Below the pieces are notes generated by a model. The model was not told the origin of the DNA. It did no database searches and worked only from the letters and a program-made list of their open reading frames with translations. From contig JAPZAR010000024.1 in the NCBI GenBank assembly GCA_027460535.1, forward strand, positions 60,001 to 92,000: a stretch of DNA of 32,000 nt, written 5' to 3'. This document shows positions 27,025 through 32,000 of the stretch, in pieces (position 1 is the first letter of the stretch; every line of letters begins with the position of its first letter). Source of the DNA: Candidatus Methanoperedens sp. GTDB taxonomy: Archaea > Halobacteriota > Methanosarcinia > Methanosarcinales > Methanoperedenaceae. The position numbers and the translations under genes were made by a program.

Positions 27025-27030
27025 ACTACG

Positions 27031-27741
27031 TCACCTTCTTCCTGTCCTTCGTGCTGCAATTGATCCGACTTTTCTGCCCGGGGGTGTACCGCGGGCTACG
27101 GTCTTTGGCCTTCCCGGGTGCTGCTGCCCGCCGCCTCCGAAAGGATGGTCCACGACGTTCATAGCCACGCCTCTTGATCTTGGCCATTTGGTCGCTCTCA
27201 CTCTCATTCTATGGAATTTCTTTCCTGCTTTTACAAAGGGTTTCTCAGTACGCCCGCCGCCTGCGACAACGCCGATAATAGCCCTGCACTTGGGATTGAG
27301 CCATTTCATCTCACCGCTTGGAAGCTGAACTACGGTTTTCCCTACGTCATGTGCTATAAGTATCCCGTACATCCCTGATGCCCTTGCGAATTTCCCGCCG
27401 TCACCTGGCTGTGACTCTATATTACAGATTGGTATTCCTTCTGGTATCTCGGAAAGTGTCAATGTGTTTCCTGGCTCCACGGGAACTGATATTCCGCACT
27501 GGATGGTTTGGTCCACCGATACACCTTCCGGGATAAGCATCAGCCTCTCCTCCCCATTGCTGAAAGATATACGTCCTATTGGGGCTGACCGTGCTGTATC
27601 ATGTATGATTTCAAGTATTTTTCCTGTGACCACTCCTTCGGTGACCTTCAGATGTTCAAGGTTCGCTTTGAATTTATGAGAAGGAGCTTTGTATGTAGGA
27701 GAACCTTTTCCCCTGCTTTGAGAAATAATTCTATGTCCCAT
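27031..27741 (-). CDS. rpl2: 50S ribosomal protein L2 (uL2)
   Basis: MGHRIISQSRGKGSPTYKAPSHKFKA…MNVVDHPFGGGGQQHPGRPKTV…. Confidence 0.95.
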   Translation of the reverse strand: MGHRIISQSRGKGSPTYKAPSHKFKANLEHLKVTEGVVTGKILEIIHDTARSAPIGRISFSNGEERLMLIPEGVSVDQTIQCGISVPVEPGNTLTLSEIPEGIPICNIESQPGDGGKFARASGMYGILIAHDVGKTVVQLPSGEMKWLNPKCRAIIGVVAGGGRTEKPFVKAGKKFHRMRVRATKWPRSRGVAMNVVDHPFGGGGQQHPGRPKTVARGTPPGRKVGSIAARRTGRR

Positions 27742-27750
27742 ATTATCACC

Positions 27751-27996
27751 TTAAAATATCCCTAACCTTGAGGCTAACTCCGTTGCAGTGTTCGGGTCCT
27801 GGAAAACCACGATGGCTTTCTTTTTACCCTTAGGTGTCATCATAGTGTTAACGCTGGCAACCTTTACATTATAGAGGGCCTCGATATTCTTTTTCACTTT
27901 ATCTTTCGTATCATTGACATCAACGATGAACTGGAGAGCGTTATTCGCTTCAGCCAGGGTCGTAGCTTTTTCTGTCACGTATGGATGCTGGATCAC
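27751..27996 (-). CDS. rpl23: 50S ribosomal protein L23 (uL23)
   Basis: [46 protein letters not shown]…. Confidence 0.92.
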   Translation of the reverse strand: MIQHPYVTEKATTLAEANNALQFIVDVNDTKDKVKKNIEALYNVKVASVNTMMTPKGKKKAIVVFQDPNTATELASRLGIF

Positions 27997-28745
27997 TGGA
28001 ATACCTCCTCGAGTTTTGTTATGGCAGATTCTGTATATATCGTCAGACGCCCGCCTGAAGTTCCCGGGGCTAACAATTCGGTGTTTAGCTGGTCAGAGGT
28101 TACGATGTCTACGCCTGCAAGGTTGCGGGCGGCTTTTCCAATCCCCTTATCCTCGGCTGTGACAATCAATATGCTCTTCGTGTTCTTATATTTCCGGCCT
28201 CTGAGTTTGCCTTTTCCTGCCCTTATGGTCTTATCTTTTGCCCTCTCTATATCATCCCATACACGGACCGCTTCCATGAAGGATCTGACATCTTTTGTTT
28301 TTGTAAGTGAGGAAAGTTCATCAACAACGATCAACGGTAACTGTGCCTGGAACTTATGGCCGCGATTTTGGACCAGCTGGTTATCTCCAGTTGCCGCAAT
28401 GGCTGATCTTATGGCTTTGCTTCGTTCTTTATCATTGATTTTTTCTGTCCTGTCGGCTTCCGGCTTTGGAGGATGTGCTTCCCTGCCTTTGACCGCCTGA
28501 GGGATTCTGGCAGCCTTGCTGCCGTTCTTGAGCCTGGCGACTCTCGAGACGCCTCTTCCAGGTCCCCACCCTTCAGCCGATGTCCGGAGACCTGCATACA
28601 TATGTGGTCCATATGGCTGCTGCCGGTTCGCCTGGGAAGCAAGAACCGCTTTCTTAATAAGATCAGGGCGGTAAGGTTCATCGAATAGCTTTGATGAGAT
28701 CTTTTTAGTTGAATTTCCTGCTAAATCTATTATGTTCGCTTCCAT
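27993..28745 (-). CDS. rpl4: 50S ribosomal protein L4 (uL4)
   Basis: [46 protein letters not shown]… The ATG at 28745 is preceded by GGTGATCC. The ORF-track start at 28754 is a GTG overlapping the L3 stop. Confidence 0.92.
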   Translation of the reverse strand: MEANIIDLAGNSTKKISSKLFDEPYRPDLIKKAVLASQANRQQPYGPHMYAGLRTSAEGWGPGRGVSRVARLKNGSKAARIPQAVKGREAHPPKPEADRTEKINDKERSKAIRSAIAATGDNQLVQNRGHKFQAQLPLIVVDELSSLTKTKDVRSFMEAVRVWDDIERAKDKTIRAGKGKLRGRKYKNTKSILIVTAEDKGIGKAARNLAGVDIVTSDQLNTELLAPGTSGGRLTIYTESAITKLEEVFQ

Positions 28746-28750
28746 TAGGA

Positions 28751-29758
28751 TCACCCTTGTTTTGACTCGAGGCTTATATACGTTAGCTCCGGAGCCGGTA
28801 TTTGTTTCTTTGATCTTATAGCAGGGCGCATGCGAACAAGTCTCTTCGCCGGGCCTGGCACGCTGCCCTTGATGATAATGTAATCGTTCCTGACAATGCC
28901 GTAGTTTAAAATTCCGCCATCGGGGGTAACATTCTTGCCATCCTTACCTATTTGCATTATCTGTTTGTTGAACTCAGTCCTCTGGTGGTATCCGGTCTGG
29001 CCAAGCTGCGGTACCCTCCAGCTCACATGCGAGGGATGCCAGGCCCCGAGCGTCCCGATTTCTCGCACGCTTCCTGCCCTTGAGTGTTTGGATTTCTGGA
29101 GCTGTATACCCCAGCGCTTCACTGGCCCCTGCAATCCCTTTCCCGTGGTTATAGCAATCAAATCGATGGTATCGCCATTGTTGAACACATCGCTTATATT
29201 GACGGATTTTCCAAGAAGGGTCTTGGCATACTCAAACCTCGTCTTCAGGTCAGTGCCGCCGATATTATTTTCCATGATCTCAGGTTTTTTCTTTGGAATA
29301 CCTGTGACCTTTTCAGGTAGTGTGTACATAACGACCCTGAGATCGCTGGCGAAACCATCTTTAATAAGCTGGTCTATCTTCGCTAAAGCTTTGGGAAGGT
29401 CGTGCTTCTTTGGAACGGCCATAGCACGGTTGAGCTCCTTATCAAGCTCGGTCGTCCATGCCTCTGCGACTGCACTGGCACCGTAAGTGGAATTCTTGTA
29501 AACCCGTATAGCTGCGACCTTCATTGGTGGAGCCTCGAGAATGGTTACAGGGACTGAGATTTCCATCCCTGAAGTCAGGCTGTTCGGGACATTGTCTGTC
29601 ATTACTACATGCGTCATTCCCGCTTTATAGCCCGCAAATCCCATTAGCTTCGCCTCTTTTTTGATGGGCCATGCTCTCACACGGGGGATTTCACTTCGTG
29701 CTCTTACGCGCGGACTGTATGCAATAGACCCGCGCCTTGGTCTGTGTGGATGAGACAT
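28751..29758 (-). CDS. rpl3: 50S ribosomal protein L3 (uL3), first gene of the cluster
   Basis: [20 protein letters not shown]…[13 protein letters not shown]…; GGAG lies 8 nt upstream of the ATG. Confidence 0.95.
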   Translation of the reverse strand: MSHPHRPRRGSIAYSPRVRARSEIPRVRAWPIKKEAKLMGFAGYKAGMTHVVMTDNVPNSLTSGMEISVPVTILEAPPMKVAAIRVYKNSTYGASAVAEAWTTELDKELNRAMAVPKKHDLPKALAKIDQLIKDGFASDLRVVMYTLPEKVTGIPKKKPEIMENNIGGTDLKTRFEYAKTLLGKSVNISDVFNNGDTIDLIAITTGKGLQGPVKRWGIQLQKSKHSRAGSVREIGTLGAWHPSHVSWRVPQLGQTGYHQRTEFNKQIMQIGKDGKNVTPDGGILNYGIVRNDYIIIKGSVPGPAKRLVRMRPAIRSKKQIPAPELTYISLESKQG

Positions 29759-29978
29759 TTTGTTTCTCCTTTATCGACTATATATGATACTGATACGAGG
29801 ATGTTTACACGCTGCAGAATGTCTGCAATAGGTCTTCACAAATAGATTTTGACTTACATGCATTTACGGGCTTACGAAAACCGCATTGGCCCCTGCAATT
29901 CATCAAATCCGACTTTGATCGACTTCAACGTGCGTTATGATACACGCATCGTACTTTCCGCTTTAAACGAAGACGAAG

Positions 29979-29986
29979 TATATAAA
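29979..29986 (-). promoter_or_regulatory. Candidate TATA box (TTTATATA on the minus strand) for the rpl3 operon
   Basis: Consensus-like archaeal TATA octamer about 220 nt upstream of the rpl3 ATG. A second AT-rich candidate (catatatag, ~29776-29787) lies about 25 nt upstream of the ATG. I cannot decide between them from sequence. Confidence 0.3.
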
Positions 29987-30067
29987 TGCTTTGGGCGGTG
30001 TCTGTATTTTCCAGCGCAGCGCCTTCCAGCGCTTTTATTGTATCTTTTCCAGAAATAACAGGCAACT

Positions 30068-30268
30068 TCAAACCGTTACCTCTGCTACCTGTCCTGCACC
30101 CATGAGGGAAATATCTTCTTCAGGTTCAAGGTAGAGTTCTATGGCTTCTTTTATGTTCTCAAGAGCTTCCTTTTTTGTTTTTCCCTGAGAAATGCAGCCC
30201 GGAAGCGAAGGAACTTCGACAACGTACCAGCCATCTTCGCCTTCTGTGATAACGACTTTAAATTTCAT
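30068..30268 (-). CDS. HicB-like antitoxin N-domain protein (UPF0150 family), no HicA partner visible
   Basis: 66 aa. MKFKVVITEGEDGWYVVEVPSLPGCISQGKTKKEALENIKEAIELYLE is the classic HicB/UPF0150 pattern. Confidence 0.75.
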   Translation of the reverse strand: MKFKVVITEGEDGWYVVEVPSLPGCISQGKTKKEALENIKEAIELYLEPEEDISLMGAGQVAEVTV

Positions 30269-30308
30269 GGTGTTTATTTTGCATATATGTACTTATATGG
30301 TTACTGTG

Positions 30309-30367
30309 AATCAGCGCCGTTCTTCGAGTGCGCATGGGCGGCGCGCTTTCTTGCTGCGGAGGCGGCG
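30309..30367. repeat. GC-rich intergenic repeat, copy R1
   Basis: aatcagcgccgttcttcgagtgcgcatgggcggcgcgctttcttgctgcggaggcggcg differs at only ~7-8 positions from 31310-31368 in the same orientation. It contains the inverted pair GCGCCG…CGGCGC. Confidence 0.8.
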
Positions 30368-30432
30368 TTATGAGTAAAGCCGATGAGGCGTTTGGGCGAC
30401 TGGAGCCAAATAGCTTCTTCTGGAACAAAACG

Positions 30433-30915
30433 TTAATCTCCAAGAATAGCCTCTTTTGATTTTATTATCGTAAAATCTTTCTTTTCAATATCTGCAATAA
30501 GTTTTTTCAGTTCGTCGTGCTTAAGGATTTTTCTTAGTTTCAAAGCCCTTAAAATGTCTTCCATATCCAGAAAATTAATGTTGTTTTGTCTGCAAAATTT
30601 TTTCACGAATCTATCGTTTGTGAGCAAAATTCCATTTCTTGATTTACACAGCACAATCAACTGGCATTCGCCTTCATGCAGGTCTTTCCTGCTTTCCAGC
30701 AGATTCCTGAAATCCTTGAATTCATCTTCAGAAGGAAGGATAATTTCGACATTTTGGAAAATTTCATCTACAAAAGAGTAGCCGGCGCGCTTTGAGCGCA
30801 TGAGTTCTTCGTAAATGGAGGGAGAAATACCCAGTTCTCTGAAGAATTCCTTAAGATACTTTACCGCATTTGCCTTGGCAAAGGCACTCAGAATATCCGC
30901 ATCTGCAAAAAACAT
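30433..30915 (-). CDS. PIN-like nuclease toxin (DUF3368-type partner of UPF0175)
   Basis: 160 aa. Starts MFFADADILSAFAKANAV… and contains …GECQLIVLCKSRNGILLTNDRFVKKFCRQNNINF… Its start overlaps the stop of the upstream UPF0175 gene by 1 nt (TAATG). Confidence 0.65.
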   Translation of the reverse strand: MFFADADILSAFAKANAVKYLKEFFRELGISPSIYEELMRSKRAGYSFVDEIFQNVEIILPSEDEFKDFRNLLESRKDLHEGECQLIVLCKSRNGILLTNDRFVKKFCRQNNINFLDMEDILRALKLRKILKHDELKKLIADIEKKDFTIIKSKEAILGD

Positions 30916-31229
30916 TAAACTAACCCGAGCTTTTTTAGTTTTTTGTCAATTTCTTTAACCGATTTACCTTCAGTTCTTCTAACTATACCCCTTCCCGCCA
31001 TGACTTCTTTAAACTCGATTGTTGTCATGCCTGCAAGCTCGGCAGCCCTTGCGAGTGAGACTTTTTCTTTGAGGTACAGTTCGATAGCTAAAGAAATCCT
31101 CAATTCTGCTTTTGTATTTAATAATGCTCTGAAAGCATCCCTCATTAAATCGGATTTTGAAGGATAGTATCCCTTTTTTACGAGAATATCAAGCTCTTCG
31201 CTTATATCCGGATAGTCTAATGCTTCCAT
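30915..31229 (-). CDS. UPF0175-family antitoxin-like protein (with RHH-like N-terminal segment)
   Basis: 104 aa. LDILVKKGYYPSKSDLMRDAFRALL is followed by ISLAIELYLKEKVSLARAAELAGMTTIEFKEVMAGRGI (UPF0175 HTH pattern). Confidence 0.65.
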   Translation of the reverse strand: MEALDYPDISEELDILVKKGYYPSKSDLMRDAFRALLNTKAELRISLAIELYLKEKVSLARAAELAGMTTIEFKEVMAGRGIVRRTEGKSVKEIDKKLKKLGLV

Positions 31230-31270
31230 TTTTGTATCACTGAATTACAATTGGAGACGAGACTTTAAAT

Positions 31271-31286
31271 AGCTTTTCGAAAAGCT
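31271..31286. promoter_or_regulatory. Perfect 16-bp palindrome next to a TATA-like box of the UPF0175-PIN operon (candidate operator)
   Basis: AGCTTTTCGAAAAGCT. On the minus strand it is immediately followed by ctatttaaag, about 45 nt upstream of the ATG at 31229. Confidence 0.4.
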
Positions 31287-31309
31287 TCCAGCGCAGCCAA
31301 CCAGCCCTA

Positions 31310-31368
31310 ATCGGCGCCGTTCTTTGAGTGCCCATGGGCGGCGCGCTTTCCTGTTGCGGAGGCTGCGG
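31310..31368. repeat. GC-rich intergenic repeat, copy R2
   Basis: aatcggcgccgttctttgagtgcccatgggcggcgcgctttcctgttgcggaggctgcg is a direct repeat of 30309-30367, 1001 bp away. It lies in a divergent-promoter intergenic region. Confidence 0.8.
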
Positions 31369-31427
31369 GATGGGCGCGAGGGCGAATGAGTTCGGATGTT
31401 TCTCAGCAGGTGAAATAGTTCAGGCTG

Positions 31428-31464
31428 TTACTACATTTAGTAATCTTTATATGTACTACATATA
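31428..31464 (+). promoter_or_regulatory. Two adjacent palindromes overlapping the TATA region of the RHH-PIN operon (candidate antitoxin operators)
   Basis: TTACTAcattTAGTAA (31428-31443) and TATATGTAcTACATATA (31448-31464). The ctacat word occurs three times. The ATG at 31477 lies only ~13 nt after the second palindrome, implying a very short or absent leader. Confidence 0.45.
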
Positions 31465-31476
31465 ATAACTACATAT

Positions 31477-31701
31477 ATGGATTACACGACTGTTTCAGCA
31501 AAGATACCAAGAGAAGTCAAGCATAAAATTGAAGAGTATGGAATAAAACCATCCGAAGTTATAAGAAAAGCTATACAGAATGAAATTAAAAAATTTGAGA
31601 TTATGAACCTCAAAAAAGAATCAGAATTGCTAAAACCAATTATCAATAAAATCAAGAGCGAACAGGTTGCAAAATCAATTCGGGAGGATAGGGAGAGATG
31701 A
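31477..31701 (+). CDS. Ribbon-helix-helix (CopG/VapB-like) antitoxin
   Basis: 74 aa with MDYTTVSAKIPREVKHKIEEYGIKPSEVIRKAIQNEI. ATGA overlap with the downstream PIN ORF. Confidence 0.7.
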   Translation: MDYTTVSAKIPREVKHKIEEYGIKPSEVIRKAIQNEIKKFEIMNLKKESELLKPIINKIKSEQVAKSIREDRER

Positions 31702-32000
31702 TTTATGATGCAAGTTCCATTTATAGAGCTATCGAAATTGGAGATTTTAATAAGCTGCTGGAAGGAAAAACTCTGGATTTAGCGCAATATGAGCTTGGGA
31801 ACGTGGTCTGGAAAGAGGTTACAAGAAAGAAAATATCAGAAAGCGAAGGAGCAAAATTGATAAAATTTATCTCGAAGGTCATTTCTTTGATGGAGATTTT
31901 AAAAATCGGGATCAAGAATGAAGTTCTCAAGGTAGCGGTGGATAACAATTTGAGTTACTATGACGCCTCGTATCTCTATGCATCAATTTCAATGAAGGAT
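31698..32000 (+). CDS. PIN-domain (VapC-like) toxin, 3' end runs off the window; not in the ORF track
   Basis: Hand translation from the ATG at 31698 gives MIYDASSIYRAIEIGDFNKLLEGKTLDLAQYELGNVVWKEV…NNLSYYDASYLYASISMKD. It has the PIN acidic residues in the IYDAS and YYDASYL contexts. The frame is open to nt 32000. Confidence 0.7.
   Translation, partial: MIYDASSIYRAIEIGDFNKLLEGKTLDLAQYELGNVVWKEVTRKKISESEGAKLIKFISKVISLMEILKIGIKNEVLKVAVDNNLSYYDASYLYASISMKD

Noticed and set aside
16759-29486. Plus-strand ORFs antisense to the ribosomal-protein/secY cluster (e.g. 16787-17104, 19367-19817, 21046-21456, 26762-27328, 27985-28500, 28935-29486)
   Set aside because: Each is fully antisense to a confidently identified, highly conserved gene. 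They have no start context or motifs and are shadow ORFs.
29849-30058. 69-aa plus-strand ORF in the rpl3 upstream region
   Set aside because: It lies across the candidate promoter/leader of the minus-strand operon, with no RBS or motif. Likely spurious.
30192-30443. ORFs covering repeat R1 on both strands (30192-30377 +, 30258-30443 -), including a possible 26-aa Arg-rich peptide MVTVNQRRSSSAHGRRAFLLRRRRYE
   Set aside because: About half of the R1/R2 differences are synonymous in the plus frame, which is tempting. But the R2 copy has no start codon in that frame (TAG, then no ATG/GTG/TTG), and the minus-frame translations diverge outside the core. I treat it as a non-coding repeat.
30300-31440. 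Integron attC interpretation of the R1/R2 repeats
   Set aside because: I could not find the R''/R' core pair (RYYYAAC … GTTRRRY) in the right geometry; the nearest words, GTTATGA and GTTAATC, violate the consensus. No integrase is in the window. Kept only as a low-prior test under the repeat finding.
1-32000. CRISPR arrays, IS elements/transposases, integrases, rRNA genes
   Set aside because: I saw no regularly spaced direct repeats with unique spacers, no DDE/tyrosine-recombinase-like ORFs, and no rRNA-like conserved stretches on either strand.

Overview
Archaeal chromosomal window. The Methanosarcinales-like call is an inference from the L19e/L32e/S4e/Rnp1-containing ribosomal operon and from protein signatures. 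All homology statements come from reading motifs by eye; no searches or alignments were run. There are five blocks. (1) nt 2-1006 is the 3' part of a REC / degenerate KaiC-like regulator. (2) nt 1137-11445 is a plus-strand nine-gene operon laid out like hyf (hydrogenase-4). Its 'large subunit' has lost all four NiFe-ligating cysteines, so it looks like an Ehr-type hydrogenase-related complex of unknown function. It also has a tandemly duplicated HyfB-like subunit, with the leader duplicated too, and a translationally coupled USP gene. (3) nt 11446-16725 is an AT-rich accessory stretch. It holds a small toxin/DUF2283 pair and a roughly 1250-aa secreted multidomain protein (PD40 propeller, LamG, Big_2, PKD, legumain/caspase-like domain with Cys->Ser, EF-hand-like loop). 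An in-frame TAG splits that protein into two ORFs. (4) nt 16726-29758 is the minus-strand ribosomal-protein super-operon rpl3->secY, with 24 genes including a 50-aa S14 that is absent from the ORF track. (5) nt 29759-32000 is a cluster of three toxin-antitoxin-type modules separated by a GC-rich ~60-bp direct repeat and AT-rich palindromic operators. I recognised no rRNA, tRNA, CRISPR array, transposase or integrase.
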